Origin: Camelus ferus
Lineage: Eukaryota
Direction: 5' to 3'
DNA length: 64,000 nucleotides
Assembly: GCF_009834535.1 (NCBI RefSeq)
Contig: NC_045696.1
Span: 105,650,001 to 105,714,000 of the forward strand
In this document: one piece after another, positions 27,879-40,200 of the stretch
How the letters are laid out: every line of letters starts with the position of its first letter
Position numbering within the stretch: the first letter of the stretch is position 1
Program-made: the position numbers and the translations under genes
The notes under the pieces: model-generated
What the model was told of the DNA's origin: nothing
What the model saw: only the letters and a program-made list of their open reading frames with translations
Database searches by the model: none

Positions 27879-28796
27879 ATGGGCAGCCGGCCCCGCAGCC
27901 CCAGCGCCTACTCTGTGGACCGGTGGGGACCTCAGGCCGAGGGACCCGGCCCTGCCAAGCGCCGCCGAACCAACGAGCCCTCGGACCCCGAGTCTGAGGC
28001 AGCGTCCAGCCCGGACAACCTGACCAGGCCCCGGGCCGCGGACGCGCGCACCTCTGTAGTGGTTCTGGATGCCGACTGTGCCTTATACCTGCCCCTAGAC
28101 GACGTTGACCTGGTGCTGGAGCCCGAGGCTACGTCTGTGCAGCGAGTATCTCTCAGAGATCACACCGTTATGGTGGTCCCCGAAACCCTCCTGGCCTCCG
28201 TAACTGAATGCTTGGGAGGACAAGGCCACTCATCTCTCGGCCTGGAACAGGGAGCTCTTCTGAGCGCTCCCGGGGAGTATATCGCCCTCGAGCAGGGATT
28301 CTTCTACGGATCTGTCCCAGAGATCGCCGCACAAGAAGAGGTTTACGAGGAGGATGTGGACGCCGAGTTCCTGCCGCCTGGAATGGAAGCTGCAGCCGGC
28401 TCAGTCGCTGGGCTCCGCTCCCCTGCAAGAAGGGCATCTGACCCCGACATGTTGGGCCTAGTCCCAGAGCCCTCACCTCGGGCCTCCAACCCTAGTCCAG
28501 AGACATGCTCTCCTTATCAGGGCTACAACCTAGATTTCCACCTTCTGGAGCCCCTCCCAGACTCACCACTCCAACCTCTACCTCCTTCTCCCAATCCAGC
28601 TCCTCACCAGCGCCCCCAACGCCCTCATGGTCCTGCGCGCAAGGCCCAGAGATGCCTGTTCCCGGAATCAGTTGCCTCCCTCAATTCCTCGCCACCTGGC
28701 TTGGGAGCGGGCCAAAGTCTTATGATACTGGTTTTGTGTATATTGCCCACCGGGCAACAATCACAACAGGCAGGTATTTTTTTGGATGCACGCTGA
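27879..28796 (+). CDS. PRR23: PRR23-family proline-rich protein, copy 1 (intronless, 305 aa from the canonical ATG, including a 42-aa read-through tail; an upstream in-frame ATG at 27777 would add 34 aa)
   Basis: ORF 27777..28796 contains MGSRPRSPSAY, GPGPAKRRR, TSVVVLDADCALYLPLDDVDLVLEP, SVPEIAAQEEVYEED and LEPLPDSPLQPLPPSP, which I recognise as PRR23A/B/C motifs. ATG 27879 has strong context (gaggtaATGg) and aligns with the copy 2 start. Region is CpG-rich. I cannot assign A vs B vs C. Confidence 0.9.
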   Translation: MGSRPRSPSAYSVDRWGPQAEGPGPAKRRRTNEPSDPESEAASSPDNLTRPRAADARTSVVVLDADCALYLPLDDVDLVLEPEATSVQRVSLRDHTVMVVPETLLASVTECLGGQGHSSLGLEQGALLSAPGEYIALEQGFFYGSVPEIAAQEEVYEEDVDAEFLPPGMEAAAGSVAGLRSPARRASDPDMLGLVPEPSPRASNPSPETCSPYQGYNLDFHLLEPLPDSPLQPLPPSPNPAPHQRPQRPHGPARKAQRCLFPESVASLNSSPPGLGAGQSLMILVLCILPTGQQSQQAGIFLDAR

Positions 28797-29719
28797 ATTG
28801 CAGAATTTGGCATCAGTGGCTGACTAAAACACCAGACAGGAAGATCACCTGGGCAAAGAGAAGCCACTTGAAATACAGTGTCCTTGCAGACATCCAGACT
28901 GCTGATTCGGTTTCTCTAGGGAGGTCAGCCTTAAGCAGCTCTACCCCCTCCCCACCCCCCACCCCCCACCCCCGTTTTCCTTTCAAACCTAAGCGCCAGC
29001 AGTTTTCTCTAAAAAGGCATGCTTTTCCAGGTGTCCTACCGCTGCCCATCCACCACCACCGTCCCTGCAGCCCCATAATAATTGCTAAACTTCTTTTATT
29101 TACAGGGCTTTGGCACTTGTGTCCCTGCTAGTTGATGACAACCCTCTAACCATTTTGATCTTTTCTGGATGGTGGCTGCAGCCCCCCTGGGGGGATCTAG
29201 CCAGTGGTTGTAGGTGGACAAATATTTGTAGGATACAAAACACAGGATGGAAACAATGATCACTGACTATTTTTCAAATGACTAGGTGGGCAAATTTAAC
29301 TATATTGCTGGGCTTGTGGGGGTATTTTCCCATAAGAACTAACTGTTTTCCATTCTTTTCTTATTTGTTTTTAATACAACTCTCTTGTTCTGGAAAGTTT
29401 GAAATTCTGAAGATTCCATGTTTTTATACTACTAAGATTCCAAATATGTTTCGTACATTGTTACTGGCATATAGAAATAATTTGTTCTTATGTTGTTCTG
29501 TATCCAGCAAATTTATTTAATTTATGTAATCAGTTCTCTGTAGATTGTCTTGTTTGACCGATAAACATACTAATATCTCCAAATAATGAGAATATTGTCT
29601 CTTACTTTTTGACAAGCTTCATACATCTTATTTTTCCTTAAACTGTTTTTATTGGATATTACTTCAAATCCAAGTTGAACTGTATGTTCAATAGGGTCAT
29701 CTTGTCTTTTCTGTGTAAA

Positions 29720-30165
29720 GTATAGGTGATTTACAATATTGTATTAATTTCAGGTGTATAAAAAATCAAAATTTTATGGATAATATTCCAATTAAAGTTA
29801 TTACTAAATAATGGGTATATTTCTTTCTGCTATCCAATATATCCTTGTTGCTTATCTATTTTACGCATAGTAGTTTGTATCTCTTACTTCCATATCTATC
29901 TTGTCCCTCCCTCCTTCCCTCTCCCCACTGGTAACCACTAATTTGTTCTTTATATCTGTGAGTCTGTTTCTGTCTTATTATATACATTTATTTGTTTTCT
30001 TTTGTTAGAGTCCACATGTAAGTGATAATATACAGTATAATGCTTTCTCTGTCTGACTTATTTCATTAAGCAGTACTCTGCAGGTACACCCATGTTGTTG
30101 CAAATGGTGGAACTTCATTCTTTTTTATACATATATATTTCACATATTATTTATCCATTTCATAT
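29720..30165 (-). mobile_element. Antisense L1 3' end
   Basis: ccactggtaaccactaatttgttctttatatctgtgagtctgtttc and ctctgtctgacttatttc motifs. Confidence 0.85.
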
Positions 30166-30659
30166 GTAATGGTGAGATCACAGAATGACTGAGTCCTGAG
30201 ACATTGGATATTCATGTATCTACAGGAATTACTTGAATCCCCAAATCTCTTTTAATCCTCTTGTCCTACAATAGTGGCCCACCACTCTCTATAAAAGCTT
30301 GCTCATCTACCTTGCTCTAAGATGAGGCAGAAGCATCTGCCTGGCCAGACAACATGCAATAACTTCAAGATTTGCCCTCATCTCCTCACTTGGCCAACAG
30401 GCCAGTAACTCAGTTTATAATATAATACAATAAATACAAAAGGTCCAGAGCAATGACTATGATACACTGGATATACTACCTAAGGATGAATAATATATCA
30501 GCCTAGTAGGAGTGTGGAAAGGCCTAGAGGGACACTGTATAACCAAGCAAAAAGCATGCACTGGAAAGGCACCAGTGTCACTAAGTTCAGAGGACCAGGG
30601 TGGGTCAGTGATGGCAGGAGATGCTATTAAGGAGCTAGACTCCTTTGTAGCTTTGGGGG

Positions 30660-31189
30660 TAATAGGATCTGAGAGACTGAATATACAAATGAACAATGGC
30701 CAGACCACTTACGACCACTTACAGAATTCTGACCCACAAACTTTCCAGAAACCAACCCAGAAACAAAATCATAACCTCTGTGGTAAGTGGCCCCAAATGA
30801 TCAGACTCACCACTCTAATCTCTACCTCCCAAATGACCAGGACTTGGTCAACAACTGCCAGCTTCCCCAAGTTTCATCCCTCCTTCATCTTAGGACCAGC
30901 AAAAAAAAAGCCAAATATGCTATGCCTAAGACACAAACTTCACAAATCAAATCAATTACCTAGAATTCCCTGCTTCTAGTTAGCCTGTCTCTAGCTTCCC
31001 CCTGCCAACGACCTTCATTCACACACAACTGAATCCCTCCCTTTTTCCACAATAAACCTTCCCCACTCTCCTACCTGCCTATCACTCTCTCCAATCCAAG
31101 TGGTGGGCTGACTCTCTTGCTGTATAGAAACCTCTGAATAAACAGCCTCTGCCTGTTCTCCTTTGGGGGTCCTTATTTGATTTCCTCCA
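30660..31189 (+). mobile_element. 5' LTR of a decayed class I (ERV1-like) endogenous retrovirus
   Basis: Starts with ...ctgagagactgaatatacaa, shared with the LTR piece at 61958+. AATAAA at 31051 and ~31137, ends in CA, and is followed by a PBS-like sequence. Confidence 0.75.
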
Positions 31190-34090
31190 GTTCTCTTAGA
31201 GGTCCCAGTGAGGTATAGTCTCTACTGCCCCTCGCCATGGATCACAGCCCTGGACCAGCTGTGGTACCCATGAAGAACTTTGAGCTATAAGCTACTGTCA
31301 GCATATAGTGTCCACACCAATGTTCAAAGTCAATGCCACATCTGAACTGTCTCGTTGCATTGACTTCCTTAGCTATTTATTCTCAGTTTGGTACCAGGTT
31401 TTCTCACCAGTTCCATTTATTTGGCATCACTGGCGGAATCTGGACACTCCTTTTTATGCCCTTTTGTTCTCCTCATGATTCCATTTTCTGCTGTGCTGAT
31501 TACACGTCTTGTTTTTCATAAGAAAGAGACTCACAGGGTAGAACACATATTATGTCCTATAAGCCTGTTGTTTGAGCCAACTTCAGTCTTGTGACTTTGC
31601 AGTTCTCATCAGAATGGCATCCATTTGGACACATTTTGCAGTGGGTCTTCAATAAAACCAGATGAGTTTCTCTTCTCCTAATTTCCTTTTGTGCTGAATG
31701 TTGGGCCTTGATCCACAAAGAGTATTCTCTCTAGTGTTAGGTAGTACAGACTGTGGAGTCTGCATTCAGAGAAGTCATGTTGGCTGCCTAAGACATGAGG
31801 TGCACAAGCACCAAATTTTACCCACATTGCCAGCTCTTACTGGGTAGTTTAAGTCTAAATCTACTCTTCCAGTAAAAAAAAATGCCTGCTTCTAACATAC
31901 TAAACTCATCATTTTTGTGCCTATATCTCTAAATGACATAACTTCACTAAGGATGATTTGACTTGAACAAAATTGTTCCTTTGGGAGGTGTCTTAGAAGA
32001 GAAAGGAATAAGATTTCTCGGTTTCAATGAGCAGGCCATGTAAGGAGGCCTCCGAACAAAACTCTCAGTCAAAAGTTGTTTCATAAAAAAATTCTCTGGC
32101 CAAAGCTAATGATAAATTTGAAAAACAACAATAGAATTATTTCCCTATTAAATCCTCCATTTGCCTCTCTATTCCAGATCTTCCCCAGCTCTTCTCTGCC
32201 ATTGTCTCTCCTAAACTTCCACTGACTCCTCTTTCCAAGTCTCCTCATTCAGGTCCCCTACCCTTTCCCAACAAACCTCCCAAGAACCCAAAATGCCAGC
32301 TGCCTCTGAAGATCGACCCCCATGCACCAGGTATTCAGACAACTGTAGAGTTTAGACCTTAGACTTAAGCTGAATTAGGAGCTACTTACAAAATTTCCCT
32401 AAATTCAGACAATACCAGCAAATATTCATGGAAGAATTTAAAATTATTTTGGGTGTATAAGACCCAGAATTACCTGGCATATTTCATTCATACACATATT
32501 GGTCAGAACTGCAAATGCTAATTTTCTGAAGGTAAGGCAGATTGAACTGACTCAGGAAAGGACCTACAGGATCTCTCTCACCACAGTATACCTAAGGGTC
32601 CAACAACAAGCCTGAAAAGTTGGATAAAGTCTCCTAAAAACCATACCTGAAACATTTCCAATAAAAAGCAATATAGCTACTCATTCTACATTAAACTCTG
32701 CCAATCTTGGCTCATTCTTTTCCTTGCTGTAAAAGTAGCACATGGATGACCAGTATTTCAAATGACTCACAGATTTTCCCTATCTCCCAGCCTTTAAATG
32801 TAACCTTTGAGGACTTTGACTGGAAACATTCCCTCCTACTCCATGACAACACATCTGCAAATCTGTCAGGGTAGAACTTACTTTACACATCAAATTATTA
32901 TATTAAAAGCACACTAGAGGGACTATTTCTTGAAGTTTCAGAGGACTTGTCTATTCATAAGCAATTGTCTCTTCTGAATATACCTTTGCATTCCCCACTG
33001 TATTTAACACATACCGCAGGTCAAGATCTTGACACCATATCTGACCCTCTATGGGCTAGAAATTCCACTGACATAGAAAAAATAATGGGAGAAGAAACTA
33101 TTCAGATATGTTCTACAAATCATTATCCAAACTTCCCCCAGTACCCTTGAAGCCAAAGAAAGAACTCAAACTTCTAGTTGAATCTTTTGTATATAAAGGT
33201 CTTTCCATCCACTGCCCTTATAACACTCTCATCTTGTAAGAAAAGAAACCAAACAGACAAGAGTATTGATTTGTTCAATATCTTAAGGTCATCAGCAAAA
33301 CAGGTATACCTCACTTCCTGACAGAAATTAACTCATATACCATCCTATCTTCAATTCCACCTGAAGCCACTTGCTTTACTCCAATGAATCTTTGCTCTGC
33401 CTTTTTCCAGTGTGCTTCTAGGCCAAGACAGCCAATACCTTTTTGTCTTCACCTGGTGAATGATATCCCTGGACAGTCATGTCCCTGGAGTACCCTGGAG
33501 CCCCCTTCTGTTTTCCCCTGGTTCTCGATCGAGACTTAAAAGGTCTACATTTCCCTTGTGATTCATTTCTTAACACAATGTGGAAGGTAAGCTCCTACTT
33601 TGTTCAAAGAACAAGGAAGCCTATAAAAGGATTCCATTAGCTTGCCCCAGCCTTAGCAATAAAGAGACATAAAGTTTTCAAAATAAGTCATAATTTTGCC
33701 AGAATACATTATTGAGAGTGAGACTCATCTCAAGAGGAAAAATATACTCTTTTGATAGACTAAAGACTACTCAAACATATCCTAGACTCCCCACAAAACA
33801 CAATTAAGAGTATTTCTGGTAGTAACCGAATATTGCAGACAATGAGTGCCAAGCTTTACCAAGGTTGAAACACTTCTTTATGAATTGACTAAGTCCTCAG
33901 TCAGAGACCCTCTCCTGGGGAGTTGAAATGTGAAGAGGACGTCTGTAAGCCGAAGAATGCTACCCAACAGCCCTTTTCTCTAGTCACATCTAACTACTAA
34001 AAGCTCTTATGTTTATTTGTGCATAAGCAATCTGACAAGCCCTCAAGTTTTTAACTCAACTTGATGAGAACAAGCAAAAACTCATTGCTG
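31190..34090 (+). mobile_element. ERV internal region: leader, gag remnant, RT remnant (all frames broken)
   Basis: RT-like translated remnants such as GQDSQYLFVFTW, WTVMSLEYP and LRVFLVVTEYCRQ*VPSF at ~33420-33870. Confidence 0.75.
31197..31214 (+). other. Degenerate primer-binding site, tRNA-Gln type
   Basis: tagaggtcccagtgaggt matches 14/18 to TGGAGGTCCCACCGAGAT (complement of the tRNA-Gln 3' end, from memory), 8 nt after the LTR. Confidence 0.55.
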
Positions 34091-34479
34091 CTAAAAGTGG
34101 AAGAAACTAACATGTCTTTCAATAGTCAGATGGAGAAATACTCAGTGAGATAGATAGATAGATACATAGATACATAGATACATAGACAATGGAGTATTAT
34201 TCAGGTTAAGAAAAAAAGAAATAAGCTACTAAACCATGTTATAAGTGGAGGAACTTTAAATGCATACTGTTAAGTGACAGAATCCTGTCTGGAAAGAATA
34301 CTTACTATCTGAATTCAACTATATACATTCTGAAAATGGCAAAACTAAAGAGACAGAAAAGATCATTGGTTGCCAGAGGCTCCAAAGGAGCCAGGTGAAT
34401 AGGAGGAGCACAAGTGATTTGTAGGGTGGGTATCACCTCCGTATGATACTATATGGACAGGTTCATAAGACAATTCGAT

Positions 34480-37270
34480 CAAATATTTAAGGGAGAGTTA
34501 TTATCTACTCTTCTCAAACTATTCCAAAAAGCTGAAGCAGGGAGAACATTTTCAAATTCATGCAGCGTTACCCTGATATCAGAACAAGACAAAGACACTA
34601 AAAAAAAAGAAAGATAATTACAGGCCAATATCATTTAATGAAAATACATACAAAAATCCTCCACACAATATTAGCAAAATGAATTCAACAATATGTAAAA
34701 AGGGTCTTATACCATAACCTAGTGAGATTTATTTCAGTGATTCGAGGATGAATTCCTATTCATAAATAATCAATGCGATATAACACATTAAGAAAACAAA
34801 GGATAAAAATTGAGTGATCATCTTATTATTGCATAAAAAGCATTTGACAAAATTCAATATCCATTCATGATAAAAGCTCTCAACAAAGTGGATATAGAGG
34901 GAACACACCTTAACATAATAAAGGCAATACATAACTAAGCCACAGTTCACATCATACTTAGTGGTAAAAGAAACTGAGAGCTTTTTCTCTAAGATCAGAA
35001 ACAAGGCAAGGATGTCCACTCTTGCAATTCCTACGTAACACAGTATTAGAAGTCCTAGCACAGAAATCAGACAAGAAAAGGAAAGGGCAGAGGGGGAGGA
35101 TATAGCTCAAGTGGTAGAGTGTGTGCTTAAAATGAATAAATAAATAAACAAACAAACAAACCTAATTACCTCTCCCCCCCAAAAAAAAATAAATAAATAA
35201 ATAATTTTTTAAAAGAACAGTAAAAGGCAACCAAATTGGAAGGGAAGAGGTAAAAATGTCACTAGTTACAGATGACATGATACTATATATAAAAATCCCT
35301 AAAAACTTCACCAAAAAACTGTTAGAACTAATAAATGAATTTTGTAAAGTTGCAGGATACAAGATTAATACATAGAAGTCTGTTACCTTTCTACACACTA
35401 ATAATGAACTATCAGAAATATAAATCTAGAAAACAATCTCAATTACAATTTCATCAAAAAAATAAAATACCTAGGAGTAAATTTTACAAAGGAAGTGAAA
35501 GACCTATACCCTGGAAACCATAACACATTGATGAAGGCAATTAAAGTTGATGTGAATCAATGGAAAGATATCTGATGTTCATGGATTGAAAGAATTAATA
35601 TTGTTAAAATGTCTCTACTACTCAAAACAATCTACAAATTTATTGAAATTCCTTGCAATACACCCACATTTTTCACAGTATTATAACAAATAATTCTAAC
35701 ATGTATATGAAACCACAAAAGATCCTAAATAGCCAAAGTAATCGTGAGAAAACGAACAAAGCTTGAGGTATCATGCTCCCTGACTACAGACTTTACTACA
35801 AAGTTAGAGTAATCAAAACAGAATGGTACTGGCACAAAAACAGAAAAATAAATCAATAGAACAGAATGGAAAGCCCAGAAATAAACCCATGCACACATGG
35901 TCAATTAGCCTAAACCAAAGGAGGCAAGAACATATAAGGAGGAAAAGCCAATCTCTTCAACAAATAGTGTTGGGATAACTGGACAGCTACATGTAAAATA
36001 ATAAAATTAGAACATTTTTTCACACCAGGTAGAAAATTAAACTCAAAATGGATTAAAAACCTAAATGTAAGTACCTGAAATCATAAAACTTCTAGAAGAA
36101 AATATAGGCATTATGATTTTTGACATGGTTTTTAACCATATTTCTTTGAATCTGTCTCCTCAGGCAAGGGAAACAAACAAAAAGAAAAAATGGGACTACA
36201 TCTAACTAAAAAGTGCATGGTGAAAGAAACCATCAACAAAATGAAAGGCCAGCTACCGAAAAAAGAAGACATTCACAAATGATATATCCAACACAGGGTT
36301 AATATTGAAAATATATAAAGAACTCATACAACTCAATGTTAAAAAAAAAAAAAAAAAACTACCCAATTACAAAATGGGCAGAGGATCCAAAAAGACATTT
36401 TTCCAAAAACATACAGATGGCCAACAGGCTCGTGAAAGATGTTCAACACCACTAATCATAAGGGATATGCAAATCAAAACCACAATGAGATACGACTTCA
36501 CACCTGTCAAAATGGCTATCATCAAAAGACAGTAAATAACAAATGCTGGTAAGGGTGTGGAGAAAAAGTACACTACTACACTGTTGGTGGGACTGTAAAT
36601 TGGTTCAGCCAATATGGAAAACAGTATAAAGTTTCCTTAAAAAAATAAAAATATAACTATTATATGATCCAGCAATTCCACTCCTGGATATATATGCAAA
36701 GAAAATGAAAACACTATTTCAAAAAGATATATGTACCTCAATGCTGATAGCAGCATTACTTACATTAGCCAAGATATGGCAGCAACATAAGTGTCTATTA
36801 ACAGATAAATGCATAGAGATGTGGTACATATATACAACGGAATAATATTCAGCCACTAAAAAACAATAAAAGTTTACCTTTTGTGACAACATGATGCACC
36901 TGGAGGGTATTAAGCTTAGTGAAATAAGTCAAATAGGGAAAGACAATTACTGCATGTTTTCACTTGTATGTGGAATCTAAAAAATAAAACAAATGAAGAA
37001 ATATAACAAATCAGAAATAAACACAGATACAGAGAATAAACTATTGGTTACCAGAGGGGGAGAGGGTTGTGGAAGAGACAAGGGGTAGGAGGTACAAACT
37101 ACTAGATATAAAACAAATAAATAACAAAAATGTAACATACAGCACAGTGAATATATCCAATATTATATAATAACATAATATGAAGTATAACTAAAAATAT
37201 TGAATCACTGTGTTGTACAGTTGAAAGTAATATAACATTGCAAGCCCACTATCATTCAATATGAAATTTA
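34480..37270 (+). mobile_element. Degenerate L1 (RT to 3' end) with a nested SINE
   Basis: Continuous ORF2/3' UTR L1 similarity (ORF fragments 35335.., 36305..). Confidence 0.88.
35092..35210 (+). mobile_element. Vic-1-like SINE with internal deletion (B box missing)
   Basis: 5' part tatagctcaagtggtagagtgtgtgctta joined directly to the tail ...cctaattacctctccccc. Degenerate TSD aagaaaaggaaagggca / aagaacagtaaaaggca. Confidence 0.8.
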
Positions 37271-37289
37271 AAATAACTAATTAATTTAA

Positions 37290-39240
37290 ATGATGGGTAA
37301 AAAGTGCCAACAATTTTTTGCATAAATAGAAAAATCCATCCTAAAATTCATATGGAACCTCAAATGGCCCCAAATAGCCAAAACAATCTTGAAAAAGAAG
37401 ATTAAAGTTAGGTCTCTCATATTTCCTAATTTCATAGCTTCAGTAATCAACATAGCTACAGTAATCAAAACAGGATGGTACTGGCATAAAGACAGAACAA
37501 TGGATTAGAATACACAGCCCATAAACAAACTCCCGCATATATGGCATAATGATATTCAGCAAGGACACCAAGTCCATTTAATCGGGAAAAGATATACTTT
37601 TCAAAAAATTTTGTTGGAGGAAGGGTTTGAAATAGGAAAAGGAGATTAAGACATACAAATCTCCAGTTATAAAATAAACAATCCATGGGGATATAATACT
37701 CATCTATCCTATAGGAACAGATGATTACTAGACTTATCACGGTGATTATTTCATAATGTATGCAAATATCAAGTCACTATTTAGTGTACCTGAAACTAAC
37801 ATAATATTGTCCTTCAGTTATATTTCAATAAAATTTTTTGTTGTTGGGAAAACTGGTATCCACATGCAAAATAATAAATGAAGTTGTACCCTCACCTTAC
37901 ACCATATACAAAAATTAACTCAAAATGGATCAAGGACCTAAACATAAGATCTAAAACTATAAAACTCTAGCAGAAGGTATATCTCAGTGGTAAAGAGCAT
38001 GCTTAGCATGCCCAAGGTCCTGGGTTCAATCCCCAGTACCTCCAATAAATAAGTAAACCTAATTACCTACCTCCTCAACTCCCCCACAAAAAAATAAATC
38101 TATAAAACTCTTACATGAAGACATAATGGAAAAGCTTCGTAACACTGAATTTGGCAATGATGTCTTGGATATGACAGCAAAAGTAAAACAGATAAATAGG
38201 GATACATCAAAAGTTTAAGTTTCTGTGCATCAAAGGACACAATTAACAGAGCAAAAAGGCAACCTATAGAATGGGAAAAATACTTGGAAAATACTTGCAT
38301 ATCTGATATATGGTTAATATCCAGAATAAATTAAGAACTACAACTCAACAGAAAAAAAATTAAAACCTTATGTTTAGATGTGCAAAAGACTTGATAGTCA
38401 TTTATCCAAAGAAAATATACAAATAGACAGCAAGCTTAAGAAAAGATATTCAACATCACTAATCATTAGGGAAATGCAAACTCCATGAGATGTTACCTTA
38501 TACCTATTAGGGCATTTGCTATTAAAAAAGAAAAAGGAAAAAAAAAAAACAAGTATTAACAAGGATGTGGAAAATTTGAAGCCATTGTGCACTGTTGGTC
38601 AGAATGTAAAATGGTGCACCCATTATGGAAAATAGTACGTCAGTTCCTCAATGAATTACAAATAGAACTACTATATAATCCATGAATTCTACTCTGAGAA
38701 TATATTCAAAAGAATTGAAAACAGGATCTCAAAGAGATATTTGTACACTCCTGTTGATAGCAGCATTATTTACCAAAGGTGGAAGCAGCCCAAATGTCCA
38801 TAAAAAAGGTAAATTAGTAAATAAAATTTGGTAGATGCATACAATGGAATATTATTCAGCCTTAGAAAGACAAGAAATTCTGACACACACCACAACATGG
38901 ATGAATAACGAGGACACTATGCTAAGTGAATTAAGCCAGTAATGAAAGATAAGTACTATATGATTTTATTTATATGATTTATCTAGAGTAGTCAAACTCA
39001 GAGAAACAGGAAGTACAATAGTGGTTTTCAAGGGGTGGAGAGAGGAGGCAATGGGAAGTTGTTTAAAAAGTATAGACTGCTAGCTGCAAGATGAAAAAGT
39101 TATGGAGACTGGTTACATAATAGTGCAAATTTACTTAATACTAATAAACTGTACATTTAAAATGGTTAGGGAGGTAAATTTTATATTATGTGTCATTTAT
39201 TATGTGTCTCTTGCATTATGTGTATTACCACAATTTTATT
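37290..39240 (+). mobile_element. Second degenerate L1 3' portion with nested L1 3' end (~37610-37840) and SINE
   Basis: ORF2 C-terminal and 3' UTR motifs restart at ~37290. Confidence 0.85.
37970..38097 (+). mobile_element. Vic-1-like SINE
   Basis: gcatgcttagcatgcccaaggtcctgggttcaatccccagtacctcc...cctaattacc, flanked by ctataaaactct on both sides. Confidence 0.88.
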
Positions 39241-39244
39241 TAAA

Positions 39245-40200
39245 AGACATCTGAGATTACGTCCAGGTCATGTGTCACCTGTCAAAAACACAATCCTGGA
39301 AAAACTGTAAAACTGGGACATAGCCAAGAAAAAAGTTTCAAGGGCCCTTTGAACACTTTCAGATAGGTTTTTTTCCAGGTTCCACTCTCCATATCTGAAC
39401 GTGTTTTGGTTTTGTATGTCTATTTTCAGGATGTGTTAAATCATTTCCCAGCTGAACATCTACACAGTTCTCACAATTGCTGAAAATCTGCTTGATATTG
39501 TATTTCCAACCAGAAGCATATCAGTGACCAAGGGACATACTTTACAGGAACCATCGTAAAAGAGTTCTCTAAGGCGTTGCCCCTTACTTAAGAACTTACT
39601 GTCCTTACCAACCTCAATCTCTTAGAGAGGTTAATAGCACTAATGGCATCCTTAAATTGAAATTAGAAAAACTTTAAGAAAACTTTGCACTCCCTTGGCC
39701 AAATGTACTTCTACTGGATCTTATGAGGCCACACTTCCCACTGCCTTAGGGACACATTGTTTATCACTCTATGAATTGGTAACTGGAAAGTCCATGAGTT
39801 CAGGAATTTCACCTTCAATTCTAGATTATACCTTATTGTGTGTAGACATGGAAAAATATTGCAGACAACTCCTATATACATCTAGTCTTATCCCCCGAAG
39901 TTTAAGTCACCTTTCAACCAAGTCTTCCTAAAAAGCCTCTTTATGATCTTTAGCCAGGAGTTTCATCTATTAGAAGAGATATTTTAAAAATATGCTCTTG
40001 AACCTCATTGGAAGAAACCTTATCAGTTACTGTTAACAATAAACACAGACATGAAACTCCAGAAACTTAATATTTATGTTCATATTCACAACTAAAGAAA
40101 CAATTCAGAATTCAATAAAATTTAAAAACTATTCCACTAGGGGGCATCACATTGAGTCTCTTCAGAGTCCTCTAGAAGAAGTCAATCTTTAGAAACATTC
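39245..40200 (+). mobile_element. ERV integrase remnant
   Basis: Remnants CVTCQKHNPGKTVK (Zn-finger end), GPFEHFQIGF, ISDQGTYFTG, YCPYQPQS and STNGILKLKL. Confidence 0.75.

Larger units (their letters stand above)
26125..34460 (+). repeat. Arm 1 of inverted segmental duplication (PRR23 upstream region, gene, 3' flank, ERV gag-RT, old L1 3' end)
   Basis: Reverse-complement matches by eye: 26361-26420 vs 54541-54600; 29101-29145 vs 51663-51706; 32941-33060 vs 49064-49183; 34100-34460 vs 47230-47570. Confidence 0.9.

Noticed and set aside
28505..29131. 208-aa overlapping ORF, and antisense ORFs over both PRR23 copies (e.g. 51805..52302, 52327..52692)
   Set aside because: Expected in GC-rich, stop-poor DNA. 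The equivalent frame in copy 2 stops earlier (51978), and I see no independent coding signal.
34148..34186. GATA/GATACATA tandem repeat
   Set aside because: Ordinary short microsatellite within an old L1 3' end, not a spacer array.
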